Positions 21,204 through 31,456 of a DNA stretch of 50,993 nucleotides are shown here, piece after piece. The stretch lies in NCBI GenBank assembly GCA_044357715.1, contig JBIKPA010000001.1, positions 1 to 50,993 on the forward strand, given 5' to 3'. The notes under the pieces were generated by a model, which ran no database searches, was not told the origin of the DNA, and saw only the letters and a program-made list of their open reading frames with translations. A program made the position numbers and the translations under genes. Every line of letters starts with the position of its first letter. Position 1 is the stretch's first letter. The DNA comes from Microthrixaceae bacterium (GTDB lineage Bacteria; Actinomycetota; Acidimicrobiia; Acidimicrobiales; Microtrichaceae).

Positions 21204-21848
21204 GTGACAGTGCGGAAACTTATCAACACAACTCTGTTGTTCGTTGCACTGTCAGCAGGCGCTCTGGGATGTAGCGCGGCCTCTCCGGGCGGTGGCAGCG
21301 GTTCGGGCTCGACCGGTTCGCCATCTGCGGATATCTGGATTGCTGGTGACTCCGTCGCTGGTGGAGTTCACTTCTACCTTCGCACACCCAATATCTACAA
21401 CGCTGCCCGGGGTGGCAACGGATACATCCATGAGCTCGACGGAACGATTCCCACATATGTGCAAGAGCGCTTGAATCTTCCTGCTGCACTAGATGGCCCG
21501 AAATACTTGATTGCTCAGGGAACCATCACTGACTACCAACTAGATTTTGGCGAAGTCACCGCAGCAATGGCAGCTTTCGAGGCTCAGCTAGTGGATCGTG
21601 GCATCGTAGTGATCTGGTTGACTAGCCCTGTTGGCACCTACCCCGCTCTGCCGCAGTGGCTCAACCGCACGAATGCTTGGATGATGCAGCGAAGTCATTT
21701 CATGGACTGCAATACCGCTACGGTTCGCTACGCAGGGTTCCCGGACTTGATTCACCCAAGTCAAGATGGGTTTCGGGCTTATGCAGAGTGCATCGATACC
21801 AAACTCGCCGAGGTCATTGCAGGGATCGAGGGTTCAGCGCAGGGGTGA
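21204..21848 (+). CDS. SGNH/GDSL-type hydrolase lipoprotein
   Basis: Signal peptide with lipobox ALGC, Gly/Ser linker, block I AGDSV, block V DLIHP. Confidence 0.75.
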   Translation: MTVRKLINTTLLFVALSAGALGCSAASPGGGSGSGSTGSPSADIWIAGDSVAGGVHFYLRTPNIYNAARGGNGYIHELDGTIPTYVQERLNLPAALDGPKYLIAQGTITDYQLDFGEVTAAMAAFEAQLVDRGIVVIWLTSPVGTYPALPQWLNRTNAWMMQRSHFMDCNTATVRYAGFPDLIHPSQDGFRAYAECIDTKLAEVIAGIEGSAQG

Positions 21849-21917
21849 GGAGTTGGGTTCTCGGCCGCCCCGTACTCAGGACTGCGCACCAAATACCGCA
21901 TACTCCGCAGCGCGTAC

Positions 21918-22694
21918 TCAGGTTGCTTCGTTCTGAGCACTCTCACGAGGGTTCTGAATGCGGTACCAACAAGCCTCTACAACTCGCCCATCCGGTAGTT
22001 CGTTCTCGCCGGTGTCAAACAGGTCAGCCCCGGCCGCAAGGTAGCAGCGTTGCATCGCAGCGTTGTTAGAAGTTGTGCCAAGGGTGATGAGTCGGATTCC
22101 GTTTTGCCAGCACAATTCCGAGGCAAGGCGAACTGCGTTTGAGCCATGCCCTTGGCCACGGGCACCAGGAGCCAACCACAGCCCAATACTCGCCTCGTCT
22201 GACTGTCCTGGAACGCGAGTGAGCGAGAGCACCCCAATGCATTGTTCCTCACGGCCGGGCTCGGCAAGCATGATGAAGCCCTGATTAGCCATGAGTTTTG
22301 GATCCTCGGCCATCGCGCAGATCCCTTGAACATCTTGCTCTGACCAGCCCATAGCTCGGGCAACTTCGTCATCGATGCTGTGTGCAACGAAGTGAGCCGT
22401 GACATCTGCTTGGGTCATGTGCCGCAGCACTATGGTGTCGCTCTTCCAGCGACTCAGGTCTACTTCGGCGCCAGCTAACGACAGAACATCGGCTCTGGGT
22501 TTGAGGGCGCGAGTCGCCAACAAAATGCCAAGCGCAGCGCCAATGCTGAGTGCTACTGGCAGTGGCCATTTAGCTGACCAAGACAACAGCGCTCCGACCG
22601 CAGCGCCAATGCCGCCAAAGAGCATGCAAACCAGTAGCCACCCAGAGGGTGATCGTTGTGCGGTAGCAACTATCCGGTTCATTTGTGCCGCCAA
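21918..22694 (-). CDS. RimJ/RimL-type GNAT acetyltransferase with N-terminal TM segments
   Basis: Two N-terminal hydrophobic helices, IGLWLAPGARGQGHG, NNAAMQRCYLAAG. Confidence 0.8.
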   Translation of the reverse strand: MAAQMNRIVATAQRSPSGWLLVCMLFGGIGAAVGALLSWSAKWPLPVALSIGAALGILLATRALKPRADVLSLAGAEVDLSRWKSDTIVLRHMTQADVTAHFVAHSIDDEVARAMGWSEQDVQGICAMAEDPKLMANQGFIMLAEPGREEQCIGVLSLTRVPGQSDEASIGLWLAPGARGQGHGSNAVRLASELCWQNGIRLITLGTTSNNAAMQRCYLAAGADLFDTGENELPDGRVVEACWYRIQNPRESAQNEAT

Positions 22695-22705
22695 GTGATT
22701 CTGAG

Positions 22706-22776
22706 AGCGGGTGAAGGGAATCGAACCCTCGTCAACAGGTTGGAAACCTGTGGCTCTACCATTGAGCTACACCCGC
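22706..22776 (-). tRNA. tRNA-Gly (TCC), CCA not encoded
   Basis: Reverse complement GCGGGTGTAGCTCAATGGTAGAGC, anticodon arm ACAGG-TTTCCAA-CCTGT, T arm GGTTCGATTCC, 3' end CACCCGCT. Confidence 0.96.
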
Positions 22777-22950
22777 AGTACCGATACCGATGAAGATACA
22801 AGAACTTCACCGATCCAGCGAACGCAAGAACGTAGCAGCAGCGCCGCATGTGCGTGCACTCCCAACAAAATGTTCTCGCTGCAGTGGTAAGTTGAAGGCA
22901 CCTTTGGCGTCACTGTGACGTTCAATAGCAATTCACGGAGGTAATTCCGA

Positions 22951-23379
22951 ATGACCATCGCACCAGTGGAATACATGATTGTCGGATTTGATGGCAATCA
23001 CTTCAATGGGCAGATAGTTCCAGCGATCGTTGACCTTGCCGAGGCTGGTCTGATCAAGGTGCTCGACATCGTCTTCATCTTGAAAGATGGCAATGGCGAT
23101 GTTGTTGCTGTCGAGTTTGATGACCTTGAAGAGCTCGAACCGTTCCAAGATCTCACGGGCGGCCACCCTGGACTTCTCAGCGAGGAAGACCTTGCTATGG
23201 CAGCAGAAGTTCTTGAGCCGAACACCTCGGCTGCCTTCTTTGTCTGGGAAGACCTCTGGGCGGCCAAATTTGCTCAGGCAATATTCGAGTCGGGTGGAAC
23301 CCTACTGAAGGGTGAGCGAATTCCTCATCAGGTTGTGGTCGAGGCGCTTGAGTTTGATGCCCAAAGATCAAATAGCTAA
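22951..23379 (+). CDS. DUF6325/DUF1269-like conserved protein
   Basis: PVEYMIVGFDGNHFNG, GLIKVLD, WEDLWA, ERIP. GGAGG SD. Confidence 0.8.
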   Translation: MTIAPVEYMIVGFDGNHFNGQIVPAIVDLAEAGLIKVLDIVFILKDGNGDVVAVEFDDLEELEPFQDLTGGHPGLLSEEDLAMAAEVLEPNTSAAFFVWEDLWAAKFAQAIFESGGTLLKGERIPHQVVVEALEFDAQRSNS

Positions 23380-23481
23380 ATCGGTAATTTGCAAAGCAAG
23401 AACTCGCTGGCCGAAAAGTCTCGCGTGAACCCAACTCAGCTGCGCAGAATTTCTGCAGCTGCAACAAAAGGAGAATGAAAT

Positions 23482-23787
23482 ATGCGTGGAGGAATGAGAA
23501 GAGGACGTCCCGGTCTGATGGGGACTGTTGCTCGCACAGCAGTCATCGCTGGTACTGCTACTGCGGTCTCTGGCAGTGTGCGCAATCATCAGAACGAAAA
23601 AGCTGAACAGGCTCAGCAGGCTGAGCAGCCACAAGAGGCTCCCGCTGCTGCGGCACCTGTTGCCGAGGCACCTTCGGCCATTGAGAGCGACACCATCACA
23701 CAACTCAAGCAGCTTGCTGAACTTAAAGATCAGGGAATTCTGACTCAAGAAGAATTTGATGCTCAGAAAGCAAAGCTGCTGGCCTAG
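23482..23787 (+). CDS. SHOCT domain-containing small protein
   Basis: ARTAVIAGTATAV N-terminus and C-terminal LKQLAELKDQGILTQEEFDAQKAKLL. Confidence 0.88.
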   Translation: MRGGMRRGRPGLMGTVARTAVIAGTATAVSGSVRNHQNEKAEQAQQAEQPQEAPAAAAPVAEAPSAIESDTITQLKQLAELKDQGILTQEEFDAQKAKLLA

Positions 23788-23804
23788 AGCAGCTAGTCAT
23801 CTGA

Positions 23805-24707
23805 TCAACTGGCGGGTGTGCGGCTGCCCAACTGGGCAGCCCACTCCTCGTCGGTCACCGTTGCCGGCACCGTGGTTGCAATGAAGTCAAGTAGCACTTC
23901 TGCAAAGTGGGTTGGGTCCTCGTCCTGGGGGAAGTGGCCCGAACCCTTGAAGATCTCTAGGCGGCTGCCAGGGATTGCGTCGTGGGTGTCGTAGGCGTGA
24001 GAGACCGGAATGATCGGGTCTTGGTCTCCCCACACAATCAAGGTCGGAAGCGTTGACGCTAGGTACAACTTGTTGGCTGCACTCACGCGTTGGCCTTTGT
24101 GGTCTACTACCGATTTGAGTGTATGCAAGAAGGCACTTCTGGCATCTGGGTCAATCAGGGAGCAGTAACTGCGCCACATCTCGAGCGCAGATGGGGCGGG
24201 GGTCAACCCGAATTTGCCGAAGATGCCGACTGCTGCGTTCACGGCATCTCGGTAGATGGGTTGAAAGGCCAGAGGGAGCAGCAGATCAACCCCTGGAAGC
24301 GTGAGACCGCGAAGCAAGGGCATGACCTCTTCTCCGAGTCCGCCCGCGCATACCAATCCCAAACGCTCGCAGCGCTCGGGGTACTGATAACAAAATTGCA
24401 GCGCAATACCTCCGCCGAGTGATTGACCGACAATGGTGACCCGTTGATGGCCGAGAGTGCTGAGCAGATCTCTCAACAGGCTGGCCTGCGCCCCAAGCGA
24501 GTAATCACCTCGAGGCTTGTCCGACCTTCCGTGGCCAGGAAGATCTGGGGCTAAGTAGGTGACATCTTTGGAGATCACGGGAAGAATTGGCTTCCACATT
24601 GAGGAACTTCCGGCCATCCCGTGGATGAGCAACACCACGGGACCCTGCCCGCCAGTTCGATAAGCAATCTTGTGGCCATGAACGTTCACTGTTTCGAGCG
24701 CCATCAT
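23805..24707 (-). CDS. Alpha/beta fold hydrolase
   Basis: LIHGMAG, DLPGHGRS, nucleophile elbow GQSLGG, WGDQD, GHFP. Confidence 0.92.
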   Translation of the reverse strand: MMALETVNVHGHKIAYRTGGQGPVVLLIHGMAGSSSMWKPILPVISKDVTYLAPDLPGHGRSDKPRGDYSLGAQASLLRDLLSTLGHQRVTIVGQSLGGGIALQFCYQYPERCERLGLVCAGGLGEEVMPLLRGLTLPGVDLLLPLAFQPIYRDAVNAAVGIFGKFGLTPAPSALEMWRSYCSLIDPDARSAFLHTLKSVVDHKGQRVSAANKLYLASTLPTLIVWGDQDPIIPVSHAYDTHDAIPGSRLEIFKGSGHFPQDEDPTHFAEVLLDFIATTVPATVTDEEWAAQLGSRTPAS

Positions 24708-24810
24708 GCCCTCCTCTTCGTGAACCCTTTAGCCTAGGCCGCTGCAATGCAATGGGCTAGGGGCGAGCCAAAAAACCCGAGTTCGGAAGGCAAATGGTCG
24801 AGGGGAGATG

Positions 24811-24887
24811 TGGTCGGGACGGAGAGATTTGAACTCTCGACCCCCTGCTCCCAAAGCAGGTGCGCTACCAAGCTGCGCCACGTCCCG
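24811..24887 (-). tRNA. tRNA-Pro (TGG), CCA encoded
   Basis: Reverse complement CGGGACGTGGCGCAGCTTGGTAGCGCA, anticodon arm CCTGC-TTTGGGA-GCAGG, GTTCAAATC, 3' end GTCCCGACCA. Confidence 0.97.
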
Positions 24888-24983
24888 TTCTTCCACCTTA
24901 CAGCCTGTGCACGTGACCAAAGATTCCTGTGTTCGAAGCTGATGCCAGAGCAGTGCTTCTGAGGCACTACGATTCACACCCTG

Positions 24984-26357
24984 ATGAAGTCAACAATTGA
25001 GCCCGCAGAGGGCAACAAGGTCAAAGTCACAGTCCAGATTGATGATGCGGAGTTGGAGCCCTCAGTTGCAGCGGCTTGGCGCGAGATCGCAAAAGAGGTT
25101 CGTTTGCCGGGGTTTCGTCCTGGCAAAGCGCCCCGCAAATTGCTCGAGCAGCAGTTTGGCAGCGAGTACGCCCGATCGGAAGCGCTCAAGCAAGCCGTGC
25201 CAGAGTTCTATAGCCAAGCAGTAATCGATGCCGATGTAGACGTCATTGCAGCTCCTGAGCTTGAGATCACCGAGGGCGAAGAGTCTGGCGACGTCACCTT
25301 CGAGGCAGTTGTCGAGACTCGGCCTCTGGTTCAGGTCGCGGGTTATGACGGACTTCGCATTGAGGTTCCACGCGCCGCTGCCACCCAAGAAGAGGTAGAG
25401 GAGCAAATCGACCGTATGCGCTCGCAGTATGGCGAGTTGACCGAGGTCGAGCGCGCTGCTGCAGACACCGACTACGTAACGATTGACATTTCGGGAACCC
25501 AAGATGGCGAAGAGGTCGAGGGACTCTCGGTAGAGGACTACCTCTACTTGGTCGGTTCTGGAATGGTCGCTACCGAATTCGACGAGAATCTTGTTGGTGC
25601 TCAAGCCGGTGATGAACTGGACTTCGAAGCAGACCATCCAGATCCAGAGGAAGACAAGGTTCAATTTCACCTTGTGGTGAAAAACGTCAAGGAGCGAGTG
25701 CTTCCCGAACTCACCGATGAGTGGGTAGCTGATGCCACTGAATTTGAGTCTGTTCAGGACTTGCGCAGAGATACTGAGGACGGGCTTTCACAAGCCCGCT
25801 CAGAAGAAGCGAGAATTGCAGTCCGTACCAACATCGGTGTGGAGCTTGCAAAGCTTGTAGATGTTGAGGCCCCGGATTCACTGGTGAACTCAGAGGTGCA
25901 GGCCCGTTTGCAGAACCTTGCGTACCAGCTTCAGGGCCGCGGGATTCGCATTGAGGATTACTTGCAAATCACCGGAAGAGATCCAGAGTCATTTACTGCA
26001 GAACTCAAAGAGTCATCAGAAGAAGCCGTCAAGGTTGACCTAGCGCTGCGGGCAGTGGTTCTTGCCGAGGGAATCGAAGTTTCTGAAGATGAGATGGACG
26101 AAGAAATTGAGTCTTTGATCGGAGAAGCCGAGCTCACATTGGAAGACGCACGCGAGGAACTGCGCACCGGAGGCCAGCTCTCGGCTGTACGCTCTGATTT
26201 GGCAAAGCGCAAAGCATTGGAGTGGTTAGTTGAGCGCAGCGAGGTAGTCGACGCAGATGGTGTTGCGTTACCCGCCGAGTTGCTCGCACTCCCCGAAGAA
26301 GACCATTCCGACCACGACCATTCCGACCACGACCACGCCGGTCACGACCACGACTGA
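24984..26357 (+). CDS. tig: Trigger factor
   Basis: Ribosome-binding signature [12 protein letters not shown]-like middle domain, tig-clpP-clpX synteny. Confidence 0.96.
   Translation: MKSTIEPAEGNKVKVTVQIDDAELEPSVAAAWREIAKEVRLPGFRPGKAPRKLLEQQFGSEYARSEALKQAVPEFYSQAVIDADVDVIAAPELEITEGEESGDVTFEAVVETRPLVQVAGYDGLRIEVPRAAATQEEVEEQIDRMRSQYGELTEVERAAADTDYVTIDISGTQDGEEVEGLSVEDYLYLVGSGMVATEFDENLVGAQAGDELDFEADHPDPEEDKVQFHLVVKNVKERVLPELTDEWVADATEFESVQDLRRDTEDGLSQARSEEARIAVRTNIGVELAKLVDVEAPDSLVNSEVQARLQNLAYQLQGRGIRIEDYLQITGRDPESFTAELKESSEEAVKVDLALRAVVLAEGIEVSEDEMDEEIESLIGEAELTLEDAREELRTGGQLSAVRSDLAKRKALEWLVERSEVVDADGVALPAELLALPEEDHSDHDHSDHDHAGHDHD
26301..26354 (+). repeat. 15-bp tandem repeat encoding the His/Asp tail of trigger factor
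   Basis: (gaccattccgaccac)x2 plus gaccacgccggtcac plus gaccacgac. Confidence 0.85.
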
Positions 26358-26380
26358 CCTCTCGGTCGAGGAGCACACAG

Positions 26381-27043
26381 ATGAGTTCAGAAAACCTTCA
26401 GCCACTCTTGAGCCCGCAGAACTACATGGTTCCAAATGTGATCGAGCAGACCAGTCGCGGCGAGCGCTACTCGGATCTGTTTTCTCGCTTGCTCAGAGAA
26501 AACATCATCTTCCTGGGAACCCCTATTGATGACACCATTGCCAACTTGGTGTGCGCTCAGTTGTTGTTCTTGGAATCAGAAAATCCAGATAAGGACATCA
26601 GCATCTACATCAATAGCCCAGGTGGCGACATCAACGCACTGATGGCGATTTACGACACGATGCAGTACATCCGACCAGAAATCACCACCCTTTGCTTTGG
26701 TCAAGCCGCCTCGGCAGCAGCAGTTCTGCTTGCGGCAGGAACTCCGGGTAAACGCATGGCCTTGCCTAACGCTCGGGTTCTCATCCATCAGCCATACGCT
26801 CAGAGCGGCTATGCACAGGTCTCAGACCTAGAGATTGCTGCAAATGAAATCCTTCGCTTGAAAGAAACCCTTGAGCGGGTTCTGTCTCGCCACACCGGCC
26901 AGACCATCGAGAGAATCGCAAAAGACACAGACCGCGATTATGTGCTGACTGCAGCCGAGGCTAAGGAGTACGGCATCATCGATGAGGTCATCGAGGAGCG
27001 AGCTCTAGTCGATAACTCTGGAGCAATCACCGCAGTCAGCTGA
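26381..27043 (+). CDS. clpP: ATP-dependent Clp protease proteolytic subunit (ClpP2-like)
   Basis: [18 protein letters not shown] (catalytic Ser), LIHQP (His). Confidence 0.96.
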   Translation: MSSENLQPLLSPQNYMVPNVIEQTSRGERYSDLFSRLLRENIIFLGTPIDDTIANLVCAQLLFLESENPDKDISIYINSPGGDINALMAIYDTMQYIRPEITTLCFGQAASAAAVLLAAGTPGKRMALPNARVLIHQPYAQSGYAQVSDLEIAANEILRLKETLERVLSRHTGQTIERIAKDTDRDYVLTAAEAKEYGIIDEVIEERALVDNSGAITAVS

Positions 27044-27134
27044 CAGATCGGCAAGAATGGTTCACCGGAGATTTTTGTTCACCCGGAGAGAACACATCGA
27101 TAGTCAGAGACAGACCGAGGACTGAGGATTCAGA

Positions 27135-28412
27135 GTGGCCAAGTTTGGTGATGGGGGAGAACTCCTCAAATGCTCGTTCTGCGGAAAATCGCAGAAACAA
27201 GTTAAAAAGCTTATTGCCGGCCCCGGTGTGTACATCTGCGACGAGTGTATTGACCTCTGCAATGAGATCATCGAAGAGGAACTTGCGGAAACTAGCGAAC
27301 TTTCCCTTGATGAGCTTCCAAAGCCAGTAGAGATTTTCGAGTTCCTTGAAGACTTCATTATCGGGCAGGACCAAGCAAAAAAGATCTTGGCAGTAGCGGT
27401 TTATAACCACTACAAGCGAGTGCAGCACGGCGCCCGTCCCGGCTCAGAAGACATTGAACTCGCTAAATCCAACATCATGATGATTGGTCCAACAGGTTGC
27501 GGCAAGACCTTCTTGGCGCAGACCCTAGCCAAGATGTTGAACGTGCCCTTTGCCATAGCTGATGCAACGGCGCTTACCGAGGCCGGGTATGTGGGCGAGG
27601 ATGTAGAGAACATCCTTCTCAAGCTGATTCAAGCGGCTGATTTCGATGTGAAAAAGGCCGAGACTGGCATTATCTACATCGACGAGATCGACAAGGTTGC
27701 CCGCAAGTCTGAGAACCCTTCGATTACTCGAGACGTGTCGGGCGAGGGTGTTCAGCAAGCGCTATTGAAGATTCTGGAGGGAACCACAGCCTCGGTTCCT
27801 CCTCAAGGTGGCCGCAAACACCCGCATCAGGAGTTCATCCAGATCGACACCACGAACATTTTGTTTATCTGCGGTGGCGCATTTGCGGGCCTCGACAAAA
27901 TTATTGAGCAACGCAGCAACCGCAAAGGGATTGGCTTCGGTGCAGAGATTCGCTCGGTGCGTGAGCGCTCCGAGAGTGATTTGTTCTCCAAAGTGCTGCC
28001 GGAAGACCTGCTGAAGTTCGGATTGATTCCCGAGTTCGTCGGCCGCCTTCCCGTTATTGGAGTAGTGGATAGCCTTGATCGAGATGCCTTGATTCGCATT
28101 CTCATCGAACCCAAAAACGCCCTAGTCAAGCAGTATCAGAAGTTCTTCGAACTCGAAGATGCAGAGCTTGAGTTCACTGAAGAAGCACTCCTTGCCGTAG
28201 CGGAACTTGCGCTCGAACGAGGAACTGGGGCACGCGGGTTGCGATCGATTCTAGAAGAGGTTCTGCTCGGAGTGATGTACGAGTTGCCATCTCGCACCGA
28301 TGTACACCGTGTGATCATCGACGCCGATGTGGTCGCTCGCAAGAGTGAACCTCAGTTGATTGCCCGTTCCGCCAAACCTCGTGCTGCTCGTCCAAAGCGC
28401 GCGGCATCTTGA
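27135..28412 (+). CDS. clpX: Clp protease ATP-binding subunit ClpX
   Basis: C4 zinc-binding CSFC...[26 protein letters not shown] loop. Confidence 0.98.
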   Translation: MAKFGDGGELLKCSFCGKSQKQVKKLIAGPGVYICDECIDLCNEIIEEELAETSELSLDELPKPVEIFEFLEDFIIGQDQAKKILAVAVYNHYKRVQHGARPGSEDIELAKSNIMMIGPTGCGKTFLAQTLAKMLNVPFAIADATALTEAGYVGEDVENILLKLIQAADFDVKKAETGIIYIDEIDKVARKSENPSITRDVSGEGVQQALLKILEGTTASVPPQGGRKHPHQEFIQIDTTNILFICGGAFAGLDKIIEQRSNRKGIGFGAEIRSVRERSESDLFSKVLPEDLLKFGLIPEFVGRLPVIGVVDSLDRDALIRILIEPKNALVKQYQKFFELEDAELEFTEEALLAVAELALERGTGARGLRSILEEVLLGVMYELPSRTDVHRVIIDADVVARKSEPQLIARSAKPRAARPKRAAS

Positions 28413-28426
28413 TCTAGCTTCTGTCA

Positions 28427-29743
28427 GTGGACATTGTTGAAGCTCTGAAGTGGCACGACTCGCGCCTAGATCATGAAACAGCGACTGCTGCGATAGCTGC
28501 TGGACGAATTGCTGGTTTGTCCTTGGCCGGGATGAACGACCTGATGTCGCTTTTGGGCGACCCGCAACATGATGTTCCGGTGATTCACATCACAGGTACA
28601 AACGGCAAGGGAACAGTTGCTGCCATGGTGACGGCGTTGTTGCAGGCTCACGGTCTGTCGGTGGGGACCTACACGAGTCCGCACCTGCGAAAGGTCAATG
28701 AGCGAATTAGCCGCAACGGCTTGGCGATTTCTGATCTTGATTTGGCTGAGGTTTTGACTGGTATCGCAGCGGTTGAGCCATTGCTGCAGGTCCAGCCAAG
28801 TTGGTTCGAAGTGATCACCGCCGCTGCATTTCGCTATTTCGCTGAAGCCCCCGTTGATGTTGCAGTTATAGAAGTGGGACTGCTCGGTCGCCTAGATGCC
28901 ACAAATGTGGCCGATGCGTCGGTTGCTGTAGTGACCTCAATCCAGGGGGACCACACGGACTTTGCTGTTGGCTGGGAACTAGCCGTAGCCGGCGAGAAAG
29001 CTGGCATTATTAAGGCGCAGAGCATTGCGGTGATTGGTGAAGTAGGCCCCGAGCTTGCAGAGGTTTTTGTGGCCGAAGGCCCAGCCGCGTTAGTGCAACT
29101 CGGTGTGGACTTTGGGCCAGTGAATGATCAGGTTGCCATCGGTGGCCACCTTGTTGACCTACAGGGAGTGTACGAGCGTTACGAGCAAGTGTTCCTTCCG
29201 GTGCATGGCGCACATCAAGTTGCGAATGCCTCGATTGCTACTGCAGCGGTGGAATCGTTCTTTGGCGCAGCGCTCAACGGTGATGTTCTTGCCGAGGGTT
29301 TTGCAGCAGTAGCGCTGCCCGGCCGATTTGAAGTCATCCACCACGGCCCTCTAGTGGTGATTGACGGAGCGCACAATGCCGACGCTTTGCGTGCTTCAGC
29401 AAGGACTTTGGAAGAGGAGTTTGCTCCCGCCGGTACCCGGATCATCGTGCTGGGGTTGCTTGCTGGCCGAGATCCCGACCGGTCGGTTGCAGCAATATCA
29501 GAACTTCGACCCGATCTGATTGTGTGCTGCAGTTTGGAGGGAAGCCGGGGGGTGGAGGCTTCGGTTCTGGGCGCTGCTTGTGCTCGCCGAGGTATTCCGA
29601 GCGAGACGGTCACAGACCCTGCCTCTGCTGTAGCTAGGGCACTGGCGCTAGCGGCAGAAGAAGATGTTGTGTTGATTACCGGATCCTTCCGGATGTTTGA
29701 CCCAGCAAAATCAGTACTGGCCTCTTTCGGCTCCACAAACTAA
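28427..29743 (+). CDS. folC: Folylpolyglutamate synthase/dihydrofolate synthase
   Basis: HITGTNGKGT, YTSPHL, EVGLLGRLDATN, PGRFE, DGAHN, TGS. Confidence 0.93.
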   Translation: MDIVEALKWHDSRLDHETATAAIAAGRIAGLSLAGMNDLMSLLGDPQHDVPVIHITGTNGKGTVAAMVTALLQAHGLSVGTYTSPHLRKVNERISRNGLAISDLDLAEVLTGIAAVEPLLQVQPSWFEVITAAAFRYFAEAPVDVAVIEVGLLGRLDATNVADASVAVVTSIQGDHTDFAVGWELAVAGEKAGIIKAQSIAVIGEVGPELAEVFVAEGPAALVQLGVDFGPVNDQVAIGGHLVDLQGVYERYEQVFLPVHGAHQVANASIATAAVESFFGAALNGDVLAEGFAAVALPGRFEVIHHGPLVVIDGAHNADALRASARTLEEEFAPAGTRIIVLGLLAGRDPDRSVAAISELRPDLIVCCSLEGSRGVEASVLGAACARRGIPSETVTDPASAVARALALAAEEDVVLITGSFRMFDPAKSVLASFGSTN

Positions 29744-29836
29744 ATCACCCCTGAGTACGCAACAGCGGAGCCGAATCTTGGCGGTTCAGGTCTCTCAGTT
29801 CGCCTTTGTGTCATGTTGATGCGTAGCGTGAGGGAT

Positions 29837-30244
29837 GTGAATCAGACATTTATCATGTGCAAACCCGACGCTATTGAACGTGGCCTCGTTGGAGAGATCA
29901 TTTCTCGGATTGAACGAAAGGGCCTAAAGATTCTGCGAATGGACCTTCGTGTTCCTGATCGGCAGTTAGCTGAAGCCCATTATGAAGAGCATGCAGACAA
30001 GCCCTTCTACGGCGAGTTGGTTGACTTCTTGACTCGCGGAGCAGTTGTGGCTCTCGTGGTTGAAGGCCCAGATGAACAGACTTTTCATCTGATGCGCACT
30101 CTGATTGGAAAGACCCAAGTTGCTGAAGCTCAGCCGGGTTCAATTCGTGGAGATTTTGCAACTACTACCAATGAGAATCTTGTCCATGGCTCCGACGGTC
30201 ATGAGGCTGCAGCTCGTGAGATTGAACTCTGGTTCCCAACCTGA
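29837..30244 (+). CDS. ndk: Nucleoside diphosphate kinase
   Basis: [24 protein letters not shown]. Start moved to GTG 29837, 7 nt after TAGCGT. Confidence 0.96.
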   Translation: MNQTFIMCKPDAIERGLVGEIISRIERKGLKILRMDLRVPDRQLAEAHYEEHADKPFYGELVDFLTRGAVVALVVEGPDEQTFHLMRTLIGKTQVAEAQPGSIRGDFATTTNENLVHGSDGHEAAAREIELWFPT

Positions 30245-30404
30245 GGATCGCTGCTGCAACCCGCTTGGTTTGCAGCAGGTCCATTTGTTACAGTTGTGTT
30301 GCGATCTTGGCTAGGCGATCGATACCGCTTGCGTAGCTAAGTCTGATAGCGCCCGGTTTTGCCCCTGTTCCATGCAGGGCACAGGGGCTAGCGTGAGGAC
30401 TCTT

Positions 30405-31439
30405 ATGGCTCGGATAAATTCAAACTTTCTTGGCCGAGACATGGCTGTTGATCTTGGCACCGCCAACACGTTGGTCTACGTCCGAGGTGAAGGCATCGTG
30501 CTATCTGAACCCTCAGTGGTTGCCATACGTGTAGCTGACGGTAAGGCCGTCGCAGTGGGTACAGAGGCTAAGCGGATGATAGGGCGCACGCCGGCGCATA
30601 TTGCTGCGATTCGGCCACTCAAAGACGGAGTGATCTCAGACTTTGAGGTCTGTGAAATCATGCTCCGCTATTTCATACAGAGGGTTCATAACAGCCGCTT
30701 TTCTAAGCCTCGGATGATTATTTGCGTGCCTTCGGGCGTCACCGGGGTGGAGCAACGAGCAGTGCAAGATGCAGCGGAATTTGCGGGTGCCCGCAAGCCT
30801 GCGCACATTATCGAGGAGCCAATGGCCGCAGCTATTGGCTCGGGTCTGCCCGTTCAAGAACCAACGGGAAACATGATTGTTGACATCGGCGGTGGAACGA
30901 CCGAGGTAGCCGTTATCTCGCTCGGTGGTGTAGTGACGAGTCAATCGGTTCGAGTTGGTGGAGATGAACTTGACGAGTCCATTATTCAGTTCATCAAGAA
31001 GGAATACAGCTTGGCGCTCGGCGAGCGAACTGCAGAAGTTGTCAAGATGGAACTCGGTTCCGCTTGGCCGTTACGCCAAGAACTTCAGGCTGAGATTCGT
31101 GGCCGCGACCTAGTGACGGGCTTGCCGAAGACCATTGTCACCTCTACCAATGAGATTCGAGAGGCAATCGAAGAGCCAGTGTCGAGCATTGTTGATGCCG
31201 TCAAGGTGACTTTAGACAAGACACCTCCCGAGCTTGCGGCCGACATTATGGAGCGAGGGATCATGCTTGCCGGTGGCGGGGCGTTACTCAAGGGTCTTGC
31301 CGAGCGTCTAGCCCAAGAAACTGGTATGCCAATTCAGATAGCCCCACGCCCACTAGAGGCTGTCGCCCTTGGAGCAGGACAGGCGCTCGAAGAGTTTGAA
31401 GCTCTCCGCGGTGTGCTGTTCACCTCAAGTCGCGACTGA
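30405..31439 (+). CDS. mreB: Rod shape-determining protein MreB
   Basis: DLGTANT, EEPMAAAIG, DIGGGTTEV. Start is probably ATG 30405. Confidence 0.97.
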   Translation: MARINSNFLGRDMAVDLGTANTLVYVRGEGIVLSEPSVVAIRVADGKAVAVGTEAKRMIGRTPAHIAAIRPLKDGVISDFEVCEIMLRYFIQRVHNSRFSKPRMIICVPSGVTGVEQRAVQDAAEFAGARKPAHIIEEPMAAAIGSGLPVQEPTGNMIVDIGGGTTEVAVISLGGVVTSQSVRVGGDELDESIIQFIKKEYSLALGERTAEVVKMELGSAWPLRQELQAEIRGRDLVTGLPKTIVTSTNEIREAIEEPVSSIVDAVKVTLDKTPPELAADIMERGIMLAGGGALLKGLAERLAQETGMPIQIAPRPLEAVALGAGQALEEFEALRGVLFTSSRD

Positions 31440-31456
31440 GTTCCGGACTCAAGTCC

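Noticed and set aside
24795-24805. tggtcgagggg as an att-site remnant of the tRNA-Pro 3' end
   Set aside because: The match is only about 6 bp and there is no integrase.
27060-27089. gttcaccggaga / gttcacccggaga repeat before clpX as an operator
   Set aside because: Short and imperfect, and adequately explained by the general tendency to local duplication.
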